This document shows positions 43,900 through 57,223 of a DNA stretch of 64,000 nucleotides, one piece after another. The DNA is from Ruditapes philippinarum (lineage: Eukaryota). The notes under the pieces are model-generated. The model worked only from the letters and a program-made list of their open reading frames with translations. It made no database searches and was not told the origin of the DNA. The position numbers and the translations under genes are program-made. The stretch covers positions 62,001-126,000 of the forward strand of contig NW_026857664.1 of the NCBI RefSeq assembly GCF_026571515.1, read 5' to 3'. Position 1 is the first letter of the stretch, and each line of letters starts with the position of its first letter.

Positions 43900-45000
43900 A
43901 AAATGTCATTAAAAATTTATTGCTTTTCATTATATTTTTAATTTGTATGTACTGGTATTACAAACCCTTTTTCTTTTAATAATTTTAACCAAACACTTTC
44001 TTTTATCCCATTTTTTGGGAAGTTAAACTATTTGAAAGTTTTTAACAAAAACGGGTTTTTAATCCGAGTTGTAAAAATTTTTCCCGTTTAATGTTTTCTT
44101 GGGGGAAAATTGTCGTTTTTTTAGTAAAAACATTTATTTCAGGGGGTTTTATAAAAGTTTTTAGGTTTTTTTGGAAGGGTCAAGGACAAAAAAGAACATA
44201 AAAAAAATGTTTTTTAGAAATGAATTTAAAAAACTTTTTTATGTGCTCCCGAATTTGAAAAGACTACCAAAAGGCAATTTTATAATTTAATTTTGGGTTT
44301 ATTTTAAAAATTCCTAAAAATTTCATCCCAATAAAATTTTTAACCTTCAACTATTAAGAGAAAACCCCTTTTAATTTTTTGGGACCGTCCAAATGATTTT
44401 CAAAATTTTGCTTGCTTTAAAAAAAATACAATTAGCCCCTTTTCAAATTCCCAAATTTTGGTTTTTTAAAATCTGGGGGTTTTTTAATTTAAAAGACTTT
44501 TAACTTTTTTTAATTTTGATTTTTCCCAAGGGATTTGCATGTAAAAAGATTTTTTTGGGATTTAAGTTAATACTAAACCCCGGGGAATTTTTTTCCGGGT
44601 TTCTAATCTGATATTTGGGCCAAAAAACTAAATTTTAAATTTTTTAAAAAAAGACCCCAAAGTATTTTTTGATTTTAAGTTTAAAAAAGGGAAAAATTAA
44701 AAAAGGGTTTTTCAAAACATTAATTTCGAAAATTTTTTTTGATACCCCAAAGGGTAATTTTAAAAAACAACCCTTTTTGCTTTTAAATAAAGGGAAAAAT
44801 TGTATGACATTTTCCGGTAATTTAAAATTATTTTTATTTTTTTAAGTTTTCATTAAAATGTTTTATATTTTAAAGTCAAACATAAATTTTCTTAAGGGAG
44901 CGTCAAAGACTGGGTTTTCCTCCCTTTTTTCTTCCCCCTTTTTGGTTTTGAAAATTCCCAAAACCCTTTTGATTCTATCAATTTTTTATTTTCTATTAGA
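43900..45000. other. Homopolymer-inflated low-complexity stretch, probable low-quality long-read consensus
   Basis: Dense runs of all four bases (ggggg, cccc, ttttttt, aaaaaaa), unlike the flanking DNA. Confidence 0.7.
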
Positions 45001-45520
45001 CAGTGGAACGGAAACGTTCCGTGCGTTCTACTGAGGTGATCTGCCCGTACCTGGGCTAATGCACCCAACAATTGGGTAGGTAAATTCTCGGAAACATCAG
45101 TGTTGTAAATTACAGACAATTGCGTATGCGATTTTTCATTTATTAGTTTTAAGTAATTATGTTTTACAGAATATCAGATTTCTATCTAAAAAATTATGTC
45201 TAGTTTCAGAGAGGATTGATAAAGTAATACAGTCGGGAATCATTGCACTGGATGAATTAATCTTTGTGACAGTTAATATGATGCACTTCCACAAACGATA
45301 TGTGTAACTAAAGCTGTAATACCGGGACAGTTTAACATCATTGTCATCAATTTTGATTAATTATCGAAATCCTCGGAAAACCATGGACACAAATAACCAT
45401 CTCTGAAGAGTGCAGCTCTGAACAATGTTGTGCTTACTTGAGAGATCAATATTTGAACAGAGAATAATAATCACAATAGACATCTAGTAAGTCTTAACTT
45501 TTGATTTAGTAAAACGCATT
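44999..45520 (+). pseudogene. C-type-lectin-like remnant
   Basis: After tattag|: ..ETFRAFY / SARTWANA.KQ (CTL F..CY....TW..A...C pattern) and later PWTQ...SSEQCCAYL; interrupted by stops and frameshifts. Confidence 0.35.
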
Positions 45521-47924
45521 GCAAAGCTAAACACAAAAGCACTTTTTTATGAAGGCAGCGTTTAAAACATATTGCATGGTGTAATGTAGATAAAGCGAAA
45601 AGTTGGGGCTTTCATTTAATCATACAACTAGTAGAATTATTTTCATTTTAATTTATATTTGTATTTTTCAACATGCATTCAATAAAATTGATTAAATTAC
45701 AAATAGTATTAAATGAGTAATACAATATATTTCAAAAGACTGTTTTATCCCATGATATATCTTATATTTTATCTTTATCAATATTTGATTACTTTCAGAA
45801 TTCAGTTGATATATTGAGACATCAGAAATATTTGTTTCAAACATTTAAGATTATTTGTATTCACAAAAAATGAAAAAGAAGCCTAATAATATAATAAAGG
45901 TACGAAGGACCTTCGTGACTTGTTTGTCAATAACTAATTTATTTTAACATGCCAAATCTTTTGTAATCTGTGTCTGGTTTAAATCGTTGTTGTCAGAAAG
46001 TGACTTTATTCAATGTGTCATCTTGTATTCAATCAATAGCATTCTAACTTTTCTTTATTCACTTAAGATTATGTTGCTGGTAGCATATTATTTTAATCCA
46101 ACTGCAGCTCTTCCCATTTGAATATTATTCAATCAAAGACTGCAAATAATAAAACAATAATTCTTGCTGTTCAAACAAATTCTGAACTGATATTTTTTCA
46201 GACCAGTCATTCTTGTTTGTAATAATGCAAAGTGAGTACAGGTGGGATGATACTTCTGAGGAGTAATCACACAAATAAAAAAATACTATCAAATCAACTG
46301 TTTGCTGCATAATTTGTTTAACTATTTGTAACTATTTCCAATTATGGTGCATTTTAAAAAAGAAATACCAGAAGATTTTTGTTTGGTTACTCTGAGAATA
46401 TTTTGCCTAATACTTAAATAAGCCGTCTGTGATCTAAGTTAACCACCTCATCTTCATTATACGCTTCATATCCATTTATGTACTATAATTATGTTTCATT
46501 TTTCAGCAATTTCATGATATATTAGTATACATGTATCTGGTATTTATTAACTAATATAATTATTATAATAGTTTTGCACAGTAACGGTACAGTTATTTTA
46601 TTACCATCATTGTATTTTACTGATATAAAATAACAATAAATAACTTTTATTTGTCATTTTCATCAGTATTTACGACCGAAACATATAAAGCAAATCCATC
46701 GTTCCACATTATTGAATTGATTTATATTGCATACCCAGGGTGACTTCTAGATAATTTAAAACGTTAATGACATGTTTTCACACTTAATCTAAATCAGTTG
46801 TTCGCCAAATGTCATCCCAAATAACACACATTCTTTCTTATGTCAGTATGTCCTTAAACGTTCTTGTCAACATAAGGCCGATGCAAAGCTTTCATGGATT
46901 ATATTTTGCATACATGTTGAAACTTTATAATCATTCTTAACTAATCTGAATTTATTAATCAATATTTTTCTAGCACATTATTTCTATTTTGAAAAGCATA
47001 CCATCTAACATAGATTGATTTGAATAGTTATTTATATGTGGTGTTTACAACGAAACGTTATAAGATTTATAACTTCATGTTCAGTCTTACTGTATTGGTA
47101 ATGATTCGATTCTTTACTGGTCTTTGTTTCCACTAACACCAATATTTGTGGTGGGAAACATTGACCAATGCCTAAGCAGGCACTTTAAACATAAATATGC
47201 TGCACTAATAAACAGAAGTTATTTGGTACATATAAAATTTATTATTGTCAAAGATATTTGGAAGTTATCTTATTTCTTCCGTGTCGATACATATAACTAC
47301 CCCGCTGTCCAAATTTAATATTGAAAACAAATGTGCGACACATAAATCAAATATGCACATGTTTACATAAGCTTACTTCATTTATTTAATTGAATCGGGT
47401 CGTTTTTAATCACTTCATCTGATGAATAGTCTTGAAACTTAATGGAAGAACCAGTTAGATATATCACTACATGAGTGAGTTGTTTTGTCATAACATTACC
47501 ACTCAGCGATAGATCTATTAATTATATTTTAATATGTCTAACAAACCAACGGGTCGTGTTATACTGTTTAAATCGACGTCGACAAACTAGAAACATTGCT
47601 GAACATTGTGAATTAGATTGCTGTTATGATGAAAATATTGATATTATAAAAAAAAACAATATACGTTGTTTTGTTATTACAATTGTTCAATGTATATGCA
47701 TATTTCAAAAATGAAATAAACTAAGGTTATTATCATGAAGGTTTTTCTTAAAATGGCAGCGTATATTATAAGGTTATGATCGCGAACGGCATGGTAGATG
47801 TTGTAGGAAAATCCAAGAGAGCTGAAGTTACTATAAAAGATCAAGATATGCCCGTAATAACCTTTTAATAATAAACCTTGCCGAAACAATACAACACATA
47901 AAACCTAAAACATGTTTTACTTCA

Positions 47925-48175
47925 GGTACGTCGTTCAGGGTCACACTTGAGTGTAATACAGATTATTTTCTGTTGAGCAATTGTAATTTTCGAATACCTA
48001 TTTCAGCCCAATCATTAGCAGTGTAAACACTTGCCTAAATAGAATCGAGATTCAATTGCAGAGTATAATAAAAATTAGCTAATGCAGGAAAATCCGCTAA
48101 GTCCATAAATTCAGTATATGAACTCATTAATTTGCTCAAAGTGTGCACTTAGCATATACTTCCTGATTAAAACGT
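47925..48175 (-). pseudogene. PAN/Apple-like exon remnant
   Basis: Single frame after aaatag|: ..IYGLSGFSCIS*FLLYSAIESRFYLGKC; single-base reversions (TAA->GAA, TTT->TGT) give SCISECLLY, the PAN C-x3-C core. Confidence 0.4.
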
Positions 48176-51100
48176 CTATTTCCTTTCTTTTGTTCAAAAT
48201 AAAGACTAGAAAATTGAAATATATACGCATATAAAATTGCTGAACACACAAGTTCTCGCACAAATAAGTTGATTAGTCTGCACTCGCTTGGATAATGCAA
48301 GCATTTTTTATCTTATAACACGAACTTATGACTTTGAAGGTAGTCTTGTCTTTGACAATTGAATAATTAAAATCAACAGGAGACTGTTATACGAAAATTT
48401 TCTTAGGCGAAACATGTAATTTTATAATAAATTATTTGGCAGCAAACAAATTTATTAACTAAGAATAAAATGCATAGACATATGTATCATCAAACATGCT
48501 TCTTAAGCAGAAACTCACAAGTCATTCCCTGTTTGCAAAAAAACGGGGAAAAAAAACAAAACTAATATATGTAACTTGTTAAAATTAAGGGGGAAAAAGA
48601 GAATCATTATTACATGTACATGTTAACAATTTATTAGATTTTGTTTAATGAACATATTTTCACATATATTGTTATAATTTCATAATTCATTTCATAGATA
48701 ATTTTAGAGAACTGCACTGGTGTTTTATTTGTCTTTAATGCACAAATAGAAGAAATGCTTTTAATTGTGATACACAATATCGATAACATTTTTCAACAAA
48801 TGCTTGAAGATTTCTGAAAACATTAATTCACAGCTGTCAGTAGAATTTTATCTATATAAGAATATTATCTATACATCTTTGGTCAAAAATTTCATTATCA
48901 TTCATTCAAGAATAAACATTTGACATAAAATGAAATATATATCAGTCATTTTTAATTTTAGAATTTAGGTTTATAGGTACTACCATTGTTTTGAATTATT
49001 ATAGCGATTATTGCATAGCGGTGATCGTGATACAAAATTTATCATAAATTAATCAAACTTGATACTCATTAATTGCCTAAACAAAACTGAGTTTGCAATC
49101 ACACATCACTGTGAAATTGTTCGTTTAATTGCTATCGGATATTATATATTCATAATTTAGTTTAGAATTAATTAAATTTCAACATGAGGCTTATATTAAT
49201 TTCTGTACAAAAGCTGAAATCAATTAATTTTTCTGATTAACACTATTGTTATCAGCGTTCATCGTATTTTAATTTTATATTGAAAACCAAATTTCCGGAA
49301 CATAAATCATGCATTTACGTTACTTCTTGACTTTTATTTGAATTCACTGTTTGATTGATATCCTTAAAAATTAGAATCATGTTCCAAAGGTAACTAAAAT
49401 GCATCACGCAGTCTTTTTAATTACAGTGTGGGATAAAATAACGACATTGTGAGTCAGTAGAGTTAACAATCATAATTATTAAAATGTGATATATTTTTCT
49501 TGGGGTTTATTTACGTTTTCGAAAGTGGTACATTAATTATGTATATAAAACACAGAAGGTAGAGTATTGCAAAGTCGTTGGGTTTTAACCTTTACAAACT
49601 AGAAAAGTAACGATTTCCCAAAATCTTTCTCTTAACAAATTAGCGACATTTTCATGTACAAGCTAGTAGCATGCAACCGTTAGCATTTATATATCCGTGT
49701 AAAGCACTACAACATGCAATATATCTCTATAACAGCGCATCGTTCACGCATTTCAAAAACTCATTCAACTTCCCAGATGCTTGCCCTTATTCTTACGTGT
49801 ACTTTATTATACGTGTATTGTTAAATTCGGCTCAAATTTCTACGCATTTACTATGTTAAAATGTTGTTGTTTTGTGAATTATGTCATAAGTAAAAAGCAC
49901 AACAATATATAATTGCAAAAAAAGATTAAAGAATATTTAAAAAAGGAAAAGCAATATTTACGTCACTTTTTCAGTTATTGGTCATCAAAAACTTTAATAT
50001 GAAAATAGTGACTAACGCTTTTAAGCACATTTGATTAGTGTTGAAAAAGGATAAAATTGAGTTATTCGTAACGCCAAAAATTAAGTAACTATACTTTAAA
50101 TATATATTGGGTATTCAATGTCACCATGATATATAAGTCCCCCATATATTCCAGGTAAAATGAAACCACATTCCGTATGCTCAAGATACCCATTGATCAC
50201 CAATAAAATAATATTTGTGTTGCGTTATTCTGAGCGACATCTTTATGATATCCAAAAGATTGCAGATAATCTGCTAATGGAATGCATTAGCTTTGCATAC
50301 TGCTGCAGTATTTTATGACGCAATAATTATTATTTACATCATTAATATTGTGGTGTCTGTCATTGATTATAAAAATAAACAAAGGAAAAAAATGAATAAA
50401 TTGCGGAATAATTAAGTCTGCCCCATTAATTGACATTACAATTAATTCACCCGTTTCAAGTTAAGTGATTTTACTTTGTGGGAAGCAATTCATTACCCTG
50501 CCTTTATTATCCAGATAACCTATTTAAAATGTTGGAGTTTACTTTATGGCTGATTTGTCTAATGCTGTCTAGTAAATTATTATTACAATTTAGATTTTTT
50601 AAAAGATCATTTATTCATGTTGGAGATAATGGATAGTTTGTTTCATATTTTCATATTTACATCAGTAATTATACTAGAAATGTACTTTAAATCAATCAGT
50701 CCATCAATCGACCACGATAGTGTTCAAATACTACAAACACATTTAATGAAAGATTAATTGGCAATCGCATATATTTATAAGAATAAGTTGATTAAATATT
50801 ATAAAAAACAACAAAACAAAACAAAAACAATAAATTGTGTGTATTTTTTAAATGGAGTCAAAAGTCATACTAGAAGGTTTATTTTGATATTCTTATTAAG
50901 ATGCAATTAAATATTTGCATACCCTTCCAAATTAAATCTTTCTATTGTATAAAGAATACAAAGAATACATAGAATAATGGGAATTAAATATCCAATATCT
51001 TATGTACATTTGTTCACCTGTAGTGGTACATGTTTTTTTTTTCTTTAAACAAAGAAATAAGTCCTCAAACACTTAAATTGTCAGCAGTGCTAAATAATTA

Positions 51101-52103
51101 TAGGAGAAGCATCGGTGATATATTGCTACAGTTTTCTACTGACCGTCTCCTATTTGACAAGTTTTAAAATTAGCCACTAATTCAAGCGAACCTGCTATAT
51201 TTTCCTTTTAACTGTTTTGACATTTCCAAGTTTATGTTGTGTGTTGTGCAACTAGGATAATAAATTCCATTTGAAAGCGGTATCTGACAATATATTGCAT
51301 AAATCAATATGTAAGATTACTTTGTCCTGAACTTAAAATGTATACGTGTTTTTTGTTGTTGTTTTTTATCGCTATATACCGTTGTTGTGCCTCTGTCTGT
51401 CATGAGATCAGCAGTGATGATTAGGATTACATTGTAATAATTTCAGATTTGCATCAACATTTACTGACAAGAAAACCTGATATTCTTTTCCAAATATTTA
51501 TAGGTAATAAGCTGATTCTTTGAATACCGTTACCTTTTTTAAATGGAATACTGATTCATACCAAACACACTTTTGAGTAAGCATACCTTGAATAATTACA
51601 AATCATCGATTTAATAATTTGAACCTATGAACACTGTTGAGCACTGTATTCGTACAAAAAGTAACAGTTTTATTGGACTACGCGGAATACTTTTAAGTAA
51701 CGTTTTATCTCATTTGGTAACTCTTCATTAAGATAAGTAGATTGATAAATGTTAGACAAAATGTAATAATCAGCCTTTACGTCTCCGAAAACCAAATTTA
51801 CCGGCGATCCTTGCTTACTTGCTTTTAGATGGACGGACGTTAAGGATACAGTGTGTCATATTTGTGGACATTGAGCTACTATTATTGTGCTTAGACAATG
51901 AGATAAAAGGTTTCCATCAGCTTACATTTTATACTAAGATATATGTGAAATATGAAAATATATTAAATTATAGTCTGTCCCATTAAAAATGGAAATGAAC
52001 TTTTGCCTGGTATGAATTAACAAAACGACGTTGAATAAAAAATAAAACTTTTTTGTAAACTACAAGAAAGTCACCCTCGAGATTTTTCAGGATTTTACCC
52101 TTA

Positions 52104-55100
52104 CTGGTATCGAAGCAGTATCCGTCGGCTAGTAGTATCCGACAATACGGTTATTTTCGTTTACTGAAACTCTTCAAAATTGAAAGTGAGTTTTTTTCAG
52201 AACAATATTATTCAAGGAAACGTTCGACAGAATTTCTTCAGTCTAAAATAAACATTAAACATAATCGTTCTCACCTTTATATTTTACAAGCAGGTGTGTT
52301 TACATTTTTCGCATGAGGGATTTCACGTGCTACTGTTGCGCATGCGCAAAGGATAACTCCATTAGGCACAAATTAAGACAAGTTTGCCCCCTTTGCCAGC
52401 GAATACAGACGACATTTCAAAAGTCGCTAATAATCATTCAAATTTCATAATAGTCAATAAATATAAGCTAGAGCTATGTGTTGTTGACATTTTTAATCAA
52501 CAAATTTTGAAATAAAAGCAAAAATGACAGAAATGGGAAACCCGCGGCAATTTTCTTCTAACCAAGGGAGGCAACACTGTTCTAGTCTATATTCTAACAG
52601 TAGGTTGTTTCCCGTATAGAAGGCTATTTTTATTATGGGGCACCTTATGGGGTGTTTAGAGAATTTCTTTTATATATTTTCGTACTTGAAATTAATTCGT
52701 ACTTGAAATTAATGTGTTATGGATTCATGAATGCAATAAAACTCGTGGTACAAGCATACGATATGTCCGTGAAATGTAAGAAGTCTAGTTTTGATCAATG
52801 GCCGTGATAACAAATTTAATGATTAACAAGTTTTCTTTTTTTCTTCTTTTTCTTTTCTTTTGTTTTATATTTATTTGTACAAATGTTCACATCAAAAATG
52901 TCTGTATTCAAATAGACATTAAAATACGTACAGTTGTTTGACCGGTTCCGACACAGGTTTTCAACTTTCGCTGTCTGCATACAAATTAACAAATTGTTTC
53001 AAGACCAAATGTACTTGCTATTAGATATTTGATTCCACTTCAAACCTTTTTTTCTAATAAGAACACCGTTTCATTTAATCTGATTGTTTTCACCAGTTCC
53101 GGTGCACATAACAAACCATTTGTAATATTACCAACAAACCATTAATTTTGTAATATTACCTACGAAGAGTACAAGAATAAGTACAGACCTGCATTTGAAC
53201 AATCTTATCATTAAATTGCGTATACACGGCAGTTTTACTAAACTTACATGGTTCAGTTATGGCCGAGGTGAGTTCAAATCTACCAGAAAACGACGGCGAC
53301 GTGTTTTGAAAAAAATAACATGAACTCAGACTCTGCGCTGTGTAAGATAAACTCTTGCGAACAAAATACAAGAACATTGCTGTAAATAAATTAGTTTGAA
53401 CAAAATAAACGAAAGTGATTGACTTGTAATGTACTGTTTGAACCACATATGATCGACCATTGATTAGCTTTAACCATCGTGTGAACATAATCTTCGTACT
53501 TCTGTTCTTGCACGTAATATATGACAACTGTCCTTACGATATGCGATCTTTAAAAGTCAACCTTTTACCCTTACTTAAGTTTATGATGCACGATCGTTGT
53601 AAAAACTTGTAAAAACAATTTACATATGCCAAAATAATATTCACTAGTTGCAGATTTTAAACGGTGCGAAATACACCGGAAAACGCATCTTGGACTATCG
53701 CTGAACGAAAATTTGTTCTTCGTAGTATCCCCCCTCAAGCCCTATAAAGACCTGCTTAGTTGGCCGTACGTATCACAAAATCGTGACATGGTCAAGATAA
53801 AAAAATAAGTTTTTGTTTTGCGATTGTGCTCAAACAATATTTATTCCAATATAATATTTATTATTTATAGATAATCTTATTATTTACTGTTTCTTTTATC
53901 TGGGACAGAACGATCTTCTGTCCCAGATTTTATCCATAAAACAGATATATTAACAACAATTTTTAGATCAAGTAATAACTGTTAACTGACATAGAAATCG
54001 ATATTTATTCGTTCTTTCTTCTGCATGTTATATTATCATTTAGCTTTCAGAGGTTAAATTAATTACACTACACGTAGATGTGCTTTTCATAAATTTATAA
54101 GAGCATAGCGTATCTTAAATTAAGACTCGATCCTACTATTTTAAACAGTTAGCGCTTTTTAAATAAATGATTATGCTTTTACTTCAAAATATGTTTATCT
54201 CAACAAAGTTGTTGGCACACTTTTTTACACACTCTTTCATAAATTCCATTATCAAATAACATTTTATTTCTGATGAGAACACATGGAAAAGTGTTCATTG
54301 ACAGAAATCCTGTCATTAAAAATACATGCTTCGGAACTACATGTAGTTAAATAGGGTCTCCTAGTTTAAACAGGTATGAATATCTAAGTTATGTTATATT
54401 TTTGCAAATATTTCTGGATGAAGTTGTAAGGCAGATAACAACTTTTCCTTCAATATATAAACTGTGTCCCTTTCTTTCAGTTTACATATAATTAATATGT
54501 ACTGCAGTACCGGTATACCAATACCAATAAGATTGGCGAGATGAAATTTAGCATTTATGCCTAAATCAGACGAAAATTATAAATAAGAAGCCGAAATAGA
54601 ATGATGATTTAATTATTTATTTGTTAATGTCAATAACCTACAAAACCAGTGAATATTTTCTATATTTATTGTCGGTTACGTGAATGGCTCGCTTGATTGT
54701 TCGGAACTGGTCAGTGCGCCGGAACCGGTCTGATAATAATCTCGGTAAAAATCACTGCAGATGTCATATTAAGTCGACCAGGATTTCTGAATTATTACGA
54801 TTAAAACCCTAAATAAAGCAATATTATTTGTCTAAAGAGGCCTTCAAAAAGTCTTATTATAACAAAAACATCGATACCGATTTATAAACCCGCAAAATCA
54901 ATGATTAAAAAAAAGTGTCGGAAACTGCTTCTGTAGCGAGGCAATTACGGCTAATTTACACCTCCCGTTGGAGCCCCATTTTTGATGCGCATGTCTTATT
55001 CAGGAATCCGGTTTTTATTTACAATAACAATGCATGACCTGTATTTAGTCATATCAAAAGTTTATTTAAATTGGAGACGTTGTTATTGAGAAATTTTTCA

Positions 55101-55139
55101 ATAACCTCATATTTTTATCGGAAACTGCTTCGATACCAG
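52104..55139. mobile_element. Nested ~3.0 kb TA-flanked (Tc1/mariner-type) non-autonomous element
   Basis: TA|CTGGTATCGAAGCAGTATCCG ... CGGAAACTGCTTCGATACCAG|TA (20/21 TIR); subterminal repeat CGGAAACTGCTTC at ~54918. Confidence 0.8.
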
Positions 55140-57094
55140 TAAATGTCTACTTTTGTTGTGAAAGCAAATTTTGATTTCTCTATGGCAAATCTCTGTTGTT
55201 TATTTTCCGTAGCCATTGTAGAAGTACTCTTCATTTGAAGATAAACGGGAGAAAGCACGTGTCATGTTTCTAAAATATACATGAGGTTCTCGGGGTCGTT
55301 TCATGGTTATTTTACATACAAGATCTACAAGATGTAACAGTTTAGTTGCAATGCATGATGGAAAACTTTCAAAAATGAAAAATAAGCAACAAGAACACCG
55401 AGTCACATGGAGTAGATGTAGAAATTACACTTACTTTTAAGCTGAATAGAATCCCTATGAACTTTATAAACGTCATATTCGCATTCTGAAGATTTCTTCA
55501 TTGCCAGTTTCTATCCAGTTTCGTAGATCCCACTTTTTTACTTCAAAAATCCTGTATGGCATGACCCCTTGTATTACACTTTTGATGAACTAATAATCCG
55601 TCTCATTATTAAAACATTGTTCAATTTGTGGAGTTATCTGGGTTAGCAAATGAAATATGTAAATGAAACACATCATAATTCAGCATGTTCCAAATCCATA
55701 ATTCAAGAACGGCCCATTAATTTTAGTTGTCAACATCACAATGCTTATGGATTTCTGACGAAAAAAACTTTATTACGTCATGTTATTACGATATATATGA
55801 CGTAACAAAAATGCCTCGCGCTTTTTATGGATGATTTCAGTTGCGGCATTGACAGAGGGCGGTTAGGCATATGTAACCTCAAACAGATAATTTTAAGCGT
55901 TGAGATAAATTTGTCTTGATGGCATTTAAAATAATTTTTGTATACCCAGATTTTGCAACTTTACTGTAAAATTACACCTTCAATACATATATATTAATAA
56001 TATAAAACTTTTGATAGATCTTCTAACATTTAAAAATAATTTTAAACACACTTAATGACATGAATCTACAACAGTACAATACTTCTTTCATCAATTACAT
56101 ATAACATTCGTTTTGATTTTATGTTTTTAAACTATTCTATATATTTCTCAGAAATAATTTCCCTACAAAGTATCTCGTTATTCAAGACTTCTGTAAATCC
56201 TACTCTTTAAGCTACAAAATATACAATAGACTACGCGGTCTTTTTCCCTCGCGAAAAATATGCTAGATCTATTGTTGTTGTTTTTTTTTAACTGAATATT
56301 TTCAAATTTTAGGAAGGCTAAAAATATTGAGAACGTCACTCGGTGTTTCTTTTTGACTCGATTTACCCTTCATATTAAAAAAAAAATTATATGTAACACT
56401 TTGAGTCTACAAAAAAACCACTTACTATCGCTTATTGAACACTCCAATTCAAACCTCTTAATAACACAAATCACTGCCGGTATTTCTGGACATTTTGTTG
56501 CATTGTGAGACGGAAAGTTAAATCTGTATTTTCAAGCTTAAAGTGTATAGGCCTACGTTTGATTGCTCAAACTAGAAAGCATGATATTATATTCTTATAT
56601 TTTACATTTTCCTCGAACGCGAGTCTGTGTTCTCTGTTAGCGAGGGAGTTAGTTAAAGTAGACACTGTGGTAACAAGCAAACCAATGCTGAACGTAAAGT
56701 GAATCAGTGTTCCTTTCTTTATATTTTTGATTTGCATGATAATGTAGTATTTGTTGGCGATTTCTTGTACCGAAAGTTTTAGCGCACGAACATCGCACCC
56801 GAAATTAGAAGGGTAACATATTTTTGTATCCTATCGAACCTGGTCAATTTATTTATTTTTGAATAGACGTGATACACACTTATGGACAGAATTCAGACAA
56901 CTACAGAATCATGTAAACTAAACATTAATTAGCGAAGAACGTTTTTTTTTGTTTTCTAGCTAGTGTTCCCACTCCCCTACGACGCGTTGCGGTATTCAAG
57001 ATACGCGCTTGATTGAAAAGCTATCTAATCAAATCACTTCATTGTTCTTTTTCTCTTATAAAATATATAATTACTACAATATATCATGGTAATT

Positions 57095-57223
57095 GTGCCC
57101 GTTCGTGCCTGAAATAATGCACGGAAGGGCACCTGAGGTCTTCCTCCACCAGTAAAGCTGGAACGTCGCGATATGACCTATACTGTGTCGATGTGACGTA
57201 AAACCCAAACAAACAAACAAACA
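57095..57223 (+). mobile_element. 5'-truncated V-like SINE with 12-bp target-site duplication
   Basis: 3' half of the SINE plus (AAAC)n tail, flanked by exact ATCATGGTAATT at 57083-57094 and 57224-57235. Confidence 0.9.
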
